A DNA stretch of 64,000 nucleotides. Source: Desulfatiglandales bacterium. Its GTDB lineage: Bacteria; Desulfobacterota; DSM-4660; Desulfatiglandales; Desulfatiglandaceae. The stretch lies in contig OY759599.1 in assembly GCA_963662465.1 (NCBI GenBank), positions 4,800,001-4,864,000 of the forward strand, written 5' to 3'. Below are positions 27,608 to 37,220 of the stretch, piece by piece. The notes under the pieces were generated by a model. It had not been told where the DNA came from. It saw nothing but the letters and a program-made list of their open reading frames with translations, and made no database searches. Positions within the stretch are counted from its first letter, which is position 1. Every line of letters begins with the position of its first letter. A program made the position numbers and the translations under genes.

Positions 27608-28954
27608 TCACTGGAGGGTTTCGTCCAGGCGTTTGGAAAGAAAGTCCACCTGATGTTTCATACTGCGGTCCGTTTTCATTTTTTTCTCAACCAGTTCAGT
27701 AGCATACACAACCGTGGAATGGCTGCGCTTGATGGTTTTGCCGATAGCCTCCAGGGTTTCATCCGAATGCCTGCGGCAAAGATAGGCATAGATGTTTCGG
27801 GGATAAGAATACGCTTTTTTTCGAGATTTGGAACTGAGCATCTCGGTGTCCACCTTATAATACTCACACACCAGCGCTCTTATTTTTTCAGTGGTAATGG
27901 AAGTCTCTCCAGATACCAGGGCGCTAACCACCTCTTTGGCCAGATCCATGTCGATTTTCGCTCCCACCAGCTCAGACCTTGCCTTGAGACACTTCAATGC
28001 GCTTTCCATTTGTCGAACATCAGGTTTCAGCCGATCCGCCAGGAAATGAACCACTTCTTTTGAAAGTGAAACGTCGTACGCTGAGGCTTTTTCGGTAAGG
28101 ATTTGCACTCGGGTATGATAGTCGGGTCCTCCAATGGTGGTCACCAGGCCGGACGTCAGACGGGAGGAAAGCTCCTTTGACATCTGGGGGATGTCTTTTG
28201 GCGGAAGAGAGCTGGTAAAAATAATTTTCTTGCGGTCTTGCGCCAGCGCATCCAAGGTGTAACCCAGTTCCGCCTGAATCTTTTCCTTTCCTCCCAGGAA
28301 ATGGATCTCCTCCAGAAGGAGAACATCACATGAACGACGGTACCGAGTTTTAAAGGCGTCTATGCGATGGGTCCGCAATGACGCAATCATTTCATTGGTG
28401 AAGTCCTCAGCGGTCATGTAGAACAGGCGGGTTTGCGGACTCGCCTTCAGAATCGCATGGCCGATGGCCTGGGAAAGGTGGGTCTTTCCCAGGCCGGTAT
28501 TGGACAGCATCAGGAGGGAATGGTAGTTACACGGGTTTCCCATCGCAATATCTTTAGAGGCCGAATAGGCAAATTCATTGGATTGTCCCACGATGAAACG
28601 ATCAAAGGTAAACTGACTGTTCAGCAAAAATGTGGAACGTTTTTTTTCAGGCATACCCGGAAGGGTCAGCTGGTCCGGGTCGGGAGGCAGAGAAACAGGG
28701 GCCGGCATCCTTTCTTGACGCTGTACCTTGAACTGAATATCCGTGGGACCGTCGGCCATGGCATTAAACTTTTCTTCAATCAGATCCAAATAATTTTCGA
28801 CGACCCAATCTTTGGAAAATCGATTCGGGCAACCCAGGACCACAGCGCCCTTCTTGGCCTGCAAACATTCAATCGGCTTTATCCAAAGAGAAAACGTGTT
28901 TTCCGGAACCCGCGTTTTAAGCTGGTTCTTGATTTCACCCCAAGCGGTTTTCAT
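27608..28954 (-). CDS. dnaA: DnaA-family protein, divergent paralog
   Basis: Domains I-IV; FTFDRFIVG.SN, TGLGKTHL, RL.SGL, HSTV; variant Walker B LLLEE; no adjacent dnaN. Confidence 0.88.
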   Translation of the reverse strand: MKTAWGEIKNQLKTRVPENTFSLWIKPIECLQAKKGAVVLGCPNRFSKDWVVENYLDLIEEKFNAMADGPTDIQFKVQRQERMPAPVSLPPDPDQLTLPGMPEKKRSTFLLNSQFTFDRFIVGQSNEFAYSASKDIAMGNPCNYHSLLMLSNTGLGKTHLSQAIGHAILKASPQTRLFYMTAEDFTNEMIASLRTHRIDAFKTRYRRSCDVLLLEEIHFLGGKEKIQAELGYTLDALAQDRKKIIFTSSLPPKDIPQMSKELSSRLTSGLVTTIGGPDYHTRVQILTEKASAYDVSLSKEVVHFLADRLKPDVRQMESALKCLKARSELVGAKIDMDLAKEVVSALVSGETSITTEKIRALVCEYYKVDTEMLSSKSRKKAYSYPRNIYAYLCRRHSDETLEAIGKTIKRSHSTVVYATELVEKKMKTDRSMKHQVDFLSKRLDETLQ

Positions 28955-29214
28955 GCGTTGCTCCCAGCTAAATGAAAAATGAAAATCAATGACTGTGCAA
29001 AAATGAATGTCGAACTTCTACAGCAAAACAAAGGGAGCTGTCAAAGAGGCTTGAGCGTGATCAAGACTTAGGGGTAAAGTGATTTTCGACAATGGATAAC
29101 CTATTCCGTTTACAGGCAAAAAAAAAACTTGGTTTATAAGGTACTGAGAAAGCGGAGCATTTTTGATGATTTAAAAACACAATGATATTAAACGTTTAAA
29201 CAGCATACACTATT

Positions 29215-29234
29215 TGTGGAAAAAACTTTCCACA
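29215..29234. promoter_or_regulatory. Inverted pair of DnaA boxes upstream of the dnaA paralog
   Basis: TGTGGAAAA (TTTTCCACA on minus) and CTTTCCACA; a further box TGTGCAAAA at 28994-29002. Confidence 0.55.
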
Positions 29235-29412
29235 AGCATATTCCTCCCTTTAATCTTATTTTCGTTCTTTATCTACGATTTTCATTTTTTTATGGGCTTT
29301 TTTTTGGGGAATCGATTTTGTTCAATGTCTAAAAGCCTTTAGGCGCCTTCTCAACCCCTAGCCCTCTAAGCCTTGGGTTTCGGGTGCGAAAAAATGATTT
29401 CAGAAACGCGGA

Positions 29413-30702
29413 TTACCGAACCGGCTGGTTGAAATAACCCAGCTCCAAATCCGGAAAAGCGTTATCAACACGAGCGGCCATTTGCCTCATTCCGATACCT
29501 CCAGCGCCTGTGTCAGGCATTTTGTTCAGGTAAAAGGCCGGGTCAATGCAAAGGTTTTTTAAATGAAGGAAGTTTACGCCGGTTTTGGCAATTAACGCCA
29601 TTAAGGCATCCATCTCCGCTTCCTGGTCCGAAATTCCGGGGAAGACCAAATAGTTCAACATGGTATACAAACCCAGTTCCCGGGACAGGGCCACGGAAGA
29701 AATCACATCATCAAACCCATAGGTTTTGGGTCGATAGTAGGCATGATAAAAATCGGGCCGTGCACTATTCAAACTGATGCGGATGGAATCCAGCCCGCTT
29801 TGTGCGATCAACCGAATCCGTTCAGGAAAACTACCGTTGGTATTCAGGTTAATGGTGCCGTTTTGGGTCTGCCTTCGAATTTCGGCAGTGCTTTCAGCGA
29901 TCAACCGATATTCCGTAAGGGGTTCGCCCTCGCAACCCTGGCCAAAACTCACAATGGCGTCGGGGGCATGGTTCAGGTGCGCCACCGCCAGGGTTACAAT
30001 TTCGTCTTTGGACGGGGTAAATCCGATCCGTTCATGAGACGCTTCAAAGGAAGATCCCGGCTGAAGGGAAAGACACCCCAGACAGGCCGCATTGCACTTC
30101 CGGCTAACCGGCAATGGGGCTTCCCATCTTTCCAGAAAGAGATTTTTGGCGGCAAAACAATGGTTTTCGGTGGCGCAATGGGTTAAATGTTCCACAAGGG
30201 GACCTGCCGGGTACTTCTTCATGTAGTCCGCAATGGCGGGGACCAGTTCCCGGTCGTCATAATTGCGGGGATCCCACCGCTCGTTATACTCCACCTCAAA
30301 CCCCGTGGCCCAGTAATGGTCATCGTCGTACCCCACAGCCCCATAGGCCCATGACGGCAGTACAAATGATTTTCCGCTGTAATCCGCCGCGGGGAGATGG
30401 GTCCTGACAAATCCCGGTTCAAGAAAAGCGGCGACGGCAAAACAGGCTGTCGGCTCGCCGTCCACTTCCATTTCATAAACGGTTTCCACTTGGCCCGTAT
30501 CGGGATCAAGGCCCAAGGGAGGGCAGGAGGGGAGATAAAAGAGCTTGCTGAACTCCGGCATGACAATCAGGTCTTCCGGTTCAATGGCAAAGAGAGTTGA
30601 TCCGGAAAAACCCGCCATCCTGAGGTATGGATGGTCATAAATCCGGCCTTTACCGTCCGCGTAAAGCATAAACGGCAGGTGTCTTAAATCATGGTCTGTC
30701 AT
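29413..30702 (-). CDS. Radical SAM protein, unknown function
   Basis: CNAACLGC, SFGQGCEGEP, NLNTNG; start moved to ATG 30702 after AAGGA. Confidence 0.88.
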   Translation of the reverse strand: MTDHDLRHLPFMLYADGKGRIYDHPYLRMAGFSGSTLFAIEPEDLIVMPEFSKLFYLPSCPPLGLDPDTGQVETVYEMEVDGEPTACFAVAAFLEPGFVRTHLPAADYSGKSFVLPSWAYGAVGYDDDHYWATGFEVEYNERWDPRNYDDRELVPAIADYMKKYPAGPLVEHLTHCATENHCFAAKNLFLERWEAPLPVSRKCNAACLGCLSLQPGSSFEASHERIGFTPSKDEIVTLAVAHLNHAPDAIVSFGQGCEGEPLTEYRLIAESTAEIRRQTQNGTINLNTNGSFPERIRLIAQSGLDSIRISLNSARPDFYHAYYRPKTYGFDDVISSVALSRELGLYTMLNYLVFPGISDQEAEMDALMALIAKTGVNFLHLKNLCIDPAFYLNKMPDTGAGGIGMRQMAARVDNAFPDLELGYFNQPVR

Positions 30703-30828
30703 GTCGATTCCTTTTCTAATCCTACGGGTTGACGCCAAGCTGTTTGAGCGCTTAAGATAGCAGAAATTTGACGCTCAGACAAGGACGCGGGCTTACCGCT
30801 AAAACAACCGTTGCAACCCGGTGAAAAA

Positions 30829-32274
30829 ATGTCGCCCTCAAACAAAAGCACGCCAACAAAAGAAAAACAATTCAGGCTCGTAAAGTTTTTTGCCTATGCG
30901 AGTTTTATCGTTCTCATTATCTTCAGCCTCCCCTATTCAATGGTCATCTCCCAAAGGGCCAAGGATATCCTGATGAAAAACCATGAAACTTATGCTCTGT
31001 TGCTGGGCCAAAACCTGAATCACCAGGTATTTCAAAATTTTGTATTGCCTGTCACCCGCCAGTTCGGGAAAATGCGGCTGAGGGAGCAGCAACAGCAGGC
31101 GCTGATGGACCGAATCGTGCGAAATACCACGCACAGCTTCAAAATAGATCTGGTCAACATGTATGACATTAACCAGGGCGTTATCGCCTACAGCACGGAT
31201 CCCCTCCTCATTGGAAAAAAAGTGCGAGAGAGCCTCGGGTACAAGAAAGCGGTGATGGGGCAAAATTCTTCCAGGCTGGTATCCGGAGGAGAGAGTATCC
31301 TGGGAACCGGCATTCAACGAATGGGGGGAGAGAAAAAACTCAGGACTTACATCCCCTTCATGGGGGCAGGGCCTTTCCTGGGGGATACCGGGCATGTGTT
31401 GGGGGTTTTTGAACTGATACAGGACCTCACCGAGGAATATGCATCACTGGTTCGATTTCAATATCTCATCTTTGGGCTGTCAATTCTGATTATGGGCATG
31501 ATTTTTGTGGCGCTTCTCTTCATTGTGCATAAAGCGGAAAAAACTATTTCTGAGAGAGCCAAAGAACAAAGAGAACTGGAAGCCCAACTGAATCAGGCGG
31601 AAAAGCTGGCGACCCTCGGCCAAATGATCGCCGGCGTATCCCATGAAATCAGGAACCCTCTGGGAATCATTCGAAGCACTGCCGAATTGCTGGGCAGCAT
31701 GTCGGGGGCCAACGAAACCCAGGCCAAGCTGTCGGGTCTGATTGTCGAAGAATCCAGTCGGCTCAATAATATTGTTACGGAGTTTCTCGACTTTGCCAGG
31801 CCCCAAGCGCCCCATTTTCAAGACTGTGATTTGAACGAAATTTTAACTAAAAATATGCAGTTTTTGCAACCGGAGCTTGAGATGAAAAAAATTTCCCTGC
31901 AAGACGACTTAACCCATCGCCCCCTGCCCCTCAGAGCGGATCCCCAACTGCTCTACCGGTCTTTTTTAAACATTTTCATGAACGCCATTCAAGCCATTGA
32001 GGGCGCCGGGACGCTTTCGGTCAGCGTATTGGAAGAAAAAGACCATTACCGGGCGACCATTGAAGACGATGGGAACGGCATTTGCGAAAAAGATCTGAAA
32101 AAGATCTTCGACCCTTTTTTCAGCACCAAGGACAAAGGAAGCGGCCTGGGGCTTGCCATTGTCCGCAATATCATGGAAGGCCATCACGGCCGCATATGGA
32201 TTGAGAGCCGGCATAAAGAATCCTCTGCCGAAAAAACGGGGACCAAGGTCTTTATCCGACTGCCAAAAGAATAA
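30829..32274 (+). CDS. Membrane sensor histidine kinase
   Basis: Two TMs around a periplasmic domain, HEIRNPL H-box, NAIQA, DDGNG, FFSTK, GSGLGL. Confidence 0.95.
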   Translation: MSPSNKSTPTKEKQFRLVKFFAYASFIVLIIFSLPYSMVISQRAKDILMKNHETYALLLGQNLNHQVFQNFVLPVTRQFGKMRLREQQQQALMDRIVRNTTHSFKIDLVNMYDINQGVIAYSTDPLLIGKKVRESLGYKKAVMGQNSSRLVSGGESILGTGIQRMGGEKKLRTYIPFMGAGPFLGDTGHVLGVFELIQDLTEEYASLVRFQYLIFGLSILIMGMIFVALLFIVHKAEKTISERAKEQRELEAQLNQAEKLATLGQMIAGVSHEIRNPLGIIRSTAELLGSMSGANETQAKLSGLIVEESSRLNNIVTEFLDFARPQAPHFQDCDLNEILTKNMQFLQPELEMKKISLQDDLTHRPLPLRADPQLLYRSFLNIFMNAIQAIEGAGTLSVSVLEEKDHYRATIEDDGNGICEKDLKKIFDPFFSTKDKGSGLGLAIVRNIMEGHHGRIWIESRHKESSAEKTGTKVFIRLPKE

Positions 32275-32290
32275 AACGGAGCCCAATATC

Positions 32291-33655
32291 ATGGAAACCA
32301 TCCTGATTGTTGATGATGAAAAAAACTATCTCGTGGTACTGGAGGCCCTTCTAGGCGCTGAAGGATATGAAATCGTAACGGCCAGGGATGCTAAAATGGC
32401 CATCAGCATCATTCGTGAAGCGGATCTCGATCTGGTTGTCACCGACATGAAAATGCCCGGGATGAGCGGCATGGAACTTCTGGAAAGATGCAAAAAAATT
32501 AAGCCTGAAATACCCGTCATCATGATGACTGCCTTTGGCACCATTGAAATGGCGGTTGAGGCCATGAAAAAACAGGCCTATGACTACATTCAGAAACCCT
32601 TTGAAAATGAACAGCTTAAACTGACGGTGAAAAAAGCGCTGGAAAATCACCGGTTGGTCAAGGAGAACAAGCGACTGACGGAGGCCCTTGCCGATCGATT
32701 CAGATACGGCAATATGGTGGGCAAGAGCAAACCGATGATCAAAGTATATGATCTCATCGACAAGGTTTCCAGTTCCAAAGCATCGGTCCTCATTACCGGG
32801 CCATCGGGCGCCGGAAAGGAACTCATTGCCAAAGCCATTCATTACCAGGGTTCCAGAAAAGAACAGCCGCTCATTGCCATCAATTGCGGCGCCTTGACGG
32901 AAACCCTTCTGGCCAGTGAATTGTTCGGACATGAAAAGGGCGCGTTTACCGGCGCCATCGCCTTAAAAAAAGGGCGGTTTGAATTGGCGGATGGCGGCAC
33001 AATCTTTCTGGACGAGGTGGGCGAGATGCCGCCCTCGCTTCAGGTAAAGCTTCTGCGGGTCCTTCAGGAAATGGAGCTGGAACGGGTGGGGGGAACGCGA
33101 ACCATCAAGGTAGATGTGCGCGTGCTTTCAGCCTCAAATCGGAATATCAAGGAGGATGTGGCCAAAGGGATATTTCGTGAAGACCTCTACTATCGCTTGA
33201 ATGTTATCCACATCGATACGCCGTCCCTTCAGGAGCGTACGGACGATATTCCCCTCCTGGTAAAGCATTTTATCGAAAAATTTCAAGAAGGCGAGACCCT
33301 CAAAACAATCGAGTTGCGACCCGAAGTGTGGAAAGCACTCTATTCACACCCCTGGCCGGGGAATGTCAGGGAGCTGGAAAACGTCATTGAAAGAGCCCTG
33401 GTATTGCATTCGGGCGGCGTCATTACCCTGGATGATCTGCCGAAGACACTCATAGAAACGGAAACCGATTTCGATGTGGAGCGATTTGTCCCCCCCCACA
33501 TCCCCCTGCAAAAAGCCATGGAAGAAATCGAAGAACGGCTGGTACGGAGAGCCCTGGCCCAGTCCAACAATGTTCAGTCCCATGCGGCCAAGAGTCTGGG
33601 GATTACCAAAAGCCTGATTCAACACAAAATGAAGAAGTACAATATCACCCTGTAG
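32291..33655 (+). CDS. NtrC-family sigma54-dependent response regulator
   Basis: REC (ILIVDDE, TDMKMP), [26 protein letters not shown], Fis-type HTH; true start METIL at 32291. Confidence 0.96.
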   Translation: METILIVDDEKNYLVVLEALLGAEGYEIVTARDAKMAISIIREADLDLVVTDMKMPGMSGMELLERCKKIKPEIPVIMMTAFGTIEMAVEAMKKQAYDYIQKPFENEQLKLTVKKALENHRLVKENKRLTEALADRFRYGNMVGKSKPMIKVYDLIDKVSSSKASVLITGPSGAGKELIAKAIHYQGSRKEQPLIAINCGALTETLLASELFGHEKGAFTGAIALKKGRFELADGGTIFLDEVGEMPPSLQVKLLRVLQEMELERVGGTRTIKVDVRVLSASNRNIKEDVAKGIFREDLYYRLNVIHIDTPSLQERTDDIPLLVKHFIEKFQEGETLKTIELRPEVWKALYSHPWPGNVRELENVIERALVLHSGGVITLDDLPKTLIETETDFDVERFVPPHIPLQKAMEEIEERLVRRALAQSNNVQSHAAKSLGITKSLIQHKMKKYNITL

Positions 33656-33656
33656 G

Positions 33657-33751
33657 GGTAAAAGGTCTTGTACCAAAGATATCATACATTATTTCATATA
33701 TTTACGTTAAAACAACTGTTTTTGACCGTTTTCAGGTACAAAATCTTGTAC
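33657..33751. promoter_or_regulatory. Two candidate enhancer (UAS) palindromes
   Basis: GTAAAA-GGTC-TTGTAC (33658-33673) and perfect GTACAA-AATC-TTGTAC (33736-33751). Confidence 0.6.
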
Positions 33752-33848
33752 TATCTCAGGAGTTCATAAAAAACCGGAAATGAGGGTTGGCACAAGTTAA
33801 ACTCTTAAAAAACAATGGGTTATAAAAAAAGTTGCCCCCCATATTTTT

Positions 33849-33865
33849 TTGGCAAGCTTATTGCA
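33849..33865 (+). promoter_or_regulatory. sigma54 (-24/-12) promoter
   Basis: TTGGCAAGCTTATTGCA = GG-N10-GC; IHF-like AAACAATGGGTTA at 33810-33822. Confidence 0.78.
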
Positions 33866-33875
33866 GTAAAGAAAA

Positions 33876-33946
33876 GCCATATAGAGTTAAAAAAATTACT
33901 CTTTCCTCCTAAGAAACCAACCTCGCTTTGCGGGGTTGGTTTTTTT
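33876..33946 (+). ncRNA. Candidate sigma54-dependent small RNA (~70 nt) with anti-SD seed
   Basis: Lies between the sigma54 promoter and an intrinsic terminator; no credible ORF; contains CTCTTTCCTCCT. Confidence 0.6.
33917..33946 (+). terminator. Rho-independent terminator, possibly bidirectional
   Basis: CCAACCTCGC-TTT-GCGGGGTTGG followed by T7. Confidence 0.85.
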
Positions 33947-33976
33947 ATGCCTTCTGAAATCTGCAATGACTTCACT

Positions 33977-34032
33977 GGTTCCCCACGCTCCGGCGTGGGA
34001 GTGCGTAGAGGCGAAAGATTTTTCGCCCCGAC
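33977..34032. repeat. Two REP-like palindromes
   Basis: CCCACGC-TCCG-GCGTGGG and GTAGAGGCGAAA-GATT-TTTCGCCCCGAC (GTAG-type). Confidence 0.55.
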
Positions 34033-34046
34033 ACTCTTCACTGCCC

Positions 34047-34931
34047 TTAATACCCCAACCGTTTCAATGCCCGTGTATCCTTGCTCCAGTTTTTCTCTAG
34101 GCGGACCGCCAAATCAAGATAAACTTTTGCACCAAGCAGCGATTCCAACTCAAGCCTGGCGGAACGGCCGATGGCCTTGATCATCTTTCCCCCTCGGCCA
34201 ATGAAGATGCCCTTTTGGGAATCACTTTCAACATGGATCCCGGCTGCAATGGATACCAGTTTTTTTTCAGGCACATCCTCAATTTTTTCAACGGTTACCG
34301 CACATGAATAAGGCAGTTCCTGCCGGAGGTAATGATAAATTTTCTCCCGAATGATCTCGGAAACCATGAAAGCCTCGGATTGATCGGTGTTCATGTCCGG
34401 CGGGAAAAACTGCGGTCCTGGCTTTAACCGCAATTCCAGTTCATGAAGCAATTCATCCACACCATCGCCCTTGAGCGCTGAAATGGGAATCATAACGTCA
34501 AAAGGAAATCGTGCCCCGTAGTCCGCCAGCATGGGGAGAATCCTTTTTTTTTCAACCTTATCGATTTTATTGATGGCCAGCAATCGTGGTTTTGCCATGA
34601 CCTTCAGACTTTCCATAATGGACGGAATGGCGGGATCTTTACGGGCGCCGGCCTCAACCATCATCAGGATGATATCCACTTCATGAAAAGCGGCAAAAGC
34701 GGCTTTGACCATGCTTTTGTGCAGCGCCGTCCGCGTCCTGTGTATCCCCGGGGTATCCATAAACACCATCTGGCAGTCATCCTGGTGAAAAACGCCCAGG
34801 ATACGATTCCTCGTGGTTTGCGGCTTAGGGGATACAATGGCTAATTTCGTTCCCACAATGCGGTTTAACAATGTAGACTTTCCCACGTTCGGTGGGCCAA
34901 TAATGCCGATAAAACCGGATTTAAAACTCAT
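34047..34931 (-). CDS. era: GTPase Era
   Basis: GPPNVGKST, PQTTR, DTPG, NKID, KH domain. Confidence 0.97.
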   Translation of the reverse strand: MSFKSGFIGIIGPPNVGKSTLLNRIVGTKLAIVSPKPQTTRNRILGVFHQDDCQMVFMDTPGIHRTRTALHKSMVKAAFAAFHEVDIILMMVEAGARKDPAIPSIMESLKVMAKPRLLAINKIDKVEKKRILPMLADYGARFPFDVMIPISALKGDGVDELLHELELRLKPGPQFFPPDMNTDQSEAFMVSEIIREKIYHYLRQELPYSCAVTVEKIEDVPEKKLVSIAAGIHVESDSQKGIFIGRGGKMIKAIGRSARLELESLLGAKVYLDLAVRLEKNWSKDTRALKRLGY

Positions 34932-35947
34932 AATCTCTCAAACCGAATCCTTCCCACGGGAACCGTGTCGTCCGGAAAAACACCCATAACACGGGCTCCT
35001 GTTTTATGTTCAATGCTTTTAATCCCCCTATTTTTATAGCCCCTTACAAGGGGAACCTCCCGTTTCGGCGCATAGAGTCTTATCCGTGCGGCCTCTCCGG
35101 GGGTTGGCAGATCAGGGACAATGTTTTGGTAATGGATGGCCGAACGCACCAGGAATCCAAATGCGGGATGCCAGGGACCTGACAGAATGCGACCTTTTTC
35201 AAGGAGCGACGGCGAACTCATGAGACCAACCCTGATAACCGGAATCCCATTTTTTTCGAACAAGACAACACCTTCCACGCACGCATTGACGGCCTCCCCA
35301 AGAGAAAAAGGCTGGTATGCCCCTGCCTCATACATACGGGCAAGTCCGGTCCCCTTTAAGACCAGCGCCGGATACAGCCGGGCCATGTGAGGAGATAACG
35401 CCAGGACTTTTTTCAGGGTAGCCGAAAATATCTCCCTTGAATCACCGGGGAGTCCCGGCATGAGCTGGACACCCACCTTGAAGCCGTGATCTTTCAGCAT
35501 TTGAACCGCTGTAACGGTGTCCCCGGCCGTATGTCCCCTCCGAGAAAGAGACAGGACACGGTCATCCATGGACTGGACCCCCAACTCCACAGTGGCAACG
35601 CCGTATGCCTTCAAAAGGCGCAGACGCTCCTCATCCAGAGAATCGGGTCGGGTGGAGATCCGTATGGACCGAATGGCGCCGGAACGGATATAAGGCGCCG
35701 AGGCCTTCAGAAGGGATTCCATGCGGGCTTTATCAAACCCGGTAAATGTGCCGCCATAAAAGGCCAACTCGGCATTTCGGTTCGGGTCAAACCCATTGGA
35801 TTGAATGGCCGCATCCAGCGTTTCACGCACCTGTTGAGGACCGATCGAATAAGCCGGTTGATCGGTAATCTTTTCCTGGTCGCAGAAAAGGCATCGGTGC
35901 GGACATCCGGCGTGGGAAATAAAAATGGGAATAATCAGGAATTTCAA
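34928..35947 (-). CDS. Elp3-like radical SAM protein
   Basis: CPHRCLFCDQ, AFYGGTFT, ISTRPD, ELGVQS, GPWHPAF; between rnc and era. Confidence 0.88.
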   Translation of the reverse strand: MKFLIIPIFISHAGCPHRCLFCDQEKITDQPAYSIGPQQVRETLDAAIQSNGFDPNRNAELAFYGGTFTGFDKARMESLLKASAPYIRSGAIRSIRISTRPDSLDEERLRLLKAYGVATVELGVQSMDDRVLSLSRRGHTAGDTVTAVQMLKDHGFKVGVQLMPGLPGDSREIFSATLKKVLALSPHMARLYPALVLKGTGLARMYEAGAYQPFSLGEAVNACVEGVVLFEKNGIPVIRVGLMSSPSLLEKGRILSGPWHPAFGFLVRSAIHYQNIVPDLPTPGEAARIRLYAPKREVPLVRGYKNRGIKSIEHKTGARVMGVFPDDTVPVGRIRFERL

Positions 35948-36654
35948 TCTTCTTTCAGGCGAAAATATGCCTCCCTTGCCGCATGCTGTTCGGCCTCTTT
36001 TTTGCTTTTGCCTTCCCCCTCAGCCAGGACGATGCCATTAACAGCCAAGGCGATGCGAAATACCTTGTCGTGTGCCGGCCCCGTCTCTTCCATGAGCCGG
36101 TATTTTGGAAGGCTTTTGAATGCCTGCTGGGTAAATTCCTGCAGCAAACTTTTAAAATCCTGAACCAGATCGTCTGTTCGCACCTTCTTTAGAAGAGGTT
36201 CAAACAATTTTTCGATAATCTTTTTGACCGCATCAAATCCACCATCCAGATAAATGGCCCCGATAAGGGCTTCCGTAACGTCCGCGAGGATTGAAGGTTT
36301 TTGTCTGCCGCCGCTTTGTTCTTCGCCTTTGCCCAAAAGCAGATAACGTCCCAGGTCAAGCCTTGTGGCAACATCATAAAGCCCCGCTTCGTCCACCACC
36401 ATGGCCCTGAACTTGGATAAATCCCCCTCGTTCGCGGTTTTATAATGTTCCATGAGCAAATGACTGATGGCCAGATCCAGGACCGCATCCCCCAGGAACT
36501 CAAGGCGCTCGTTGTCCTCAAGGTCGGCCTCTAACTGCTCATTGACATAGGAGGAATGTCGAAATGCCTGAAGCGCCAATTCAGAATCCCTGAAACGATA
36601 CCCCAGTTCTTTGTGAAGATTCTCAAATCCGCAGTCTTGAAATGGATCTGCCAT
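35944..36654 (-). CDS. rnc: Ribonuclease III
   Basis: NERLEFLGDAVL signature, C-terminal dsRBD; start uncertain (ORF opens at 36696). Confidence 0.97.
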   Translation of the reverse strand: MADPFQDCGFENLHKELGYRFRDSELALQAFRHSSYVNEQLEADLEDNERLEFLGDAVLDLAISHLLMEHYKTANEGDLSKFRAMVVDEAGLYDVATRLDLGRYLLLGKGEEQSGGRQKPSILADVTEALIGAIYLDGGFDAVKKIIEKLFEPLLKKVRTDDLVQDFKSLLQEFTQQAFKSLPKYRLMEETGPAHDKVFRIALAVNGIVLAEGEGKSKKEAEQHAAREAYFRLKED

Positions 36655-36996
36655 AATATTCCTGATGTCTAAAATATGCATCCTTTCGGGTTTCATATAA
36701 GCCCAAGCCCTTTTCTAAGTCAAGAAAATCCCTCAAAATGAGAATTCGTAAAGGGCAGCCGGTAGAGGCAGGAGTGGAATGGCGCCCAGCCAGCGGCGGA
36801 TCTTTTTTTTCGTGCCGCCTTCAAAACAGCGTTCAGATGAACTTATCAAAAATGTTTTCGGCTTACGCCATCGGGAAAACATGTGAGCGAAAGAGCCATA
36901 GGTAGATTGGAACCTATGCCTTCTCTATCACGCAAATACTATCCCTGCTGACTTCTTTTGGCAAATTCATTACCAAAAACTTGAACATCGAGTACA

Positions 36997-37138
36997 AAGG
37001 AAATTGTTATCCATATCATTACCACAAAAGGTGGGATATTGAAATTGCTTAAAATGAAGTAAAAACCCATCAGTGTACAACTCAAGGGTCATATACCGAC
37101 CATTTTCAGAATTAAACGCGCTGACTTTGTAAAACTAG
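36997..37138 (+). pseudogene. IS4-family transposase remnant
   Basis: Manual translation KEIVIH / YHKRWDIEIA*NEVKTHQC / PTIFRIKR matches the YREK signature, with a stop and frameshifts. Confidence 0.65.
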
Positions 37139-37220
37139 TCCCGGAGATATTACCGCCGTTTGCCCATTGACACACAACGAAAAATTCCATACAGTCCTAA
37201 TTAAGAAGAGGCGTTTTTAT

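Noticed and set aside
28955..29412. oriC upstream of dnaA
   Set aside because: Only about three boxes, no clear DUE repeats, no dnaN/gyrB context and a divergent DnaA; a regulatory role is more likely
33815..34180. ORFs 33815-34180 and 33820-34041
   Set aside because: They run through promoter, terminator and REP hairpins, and one overlaps era; no RBS
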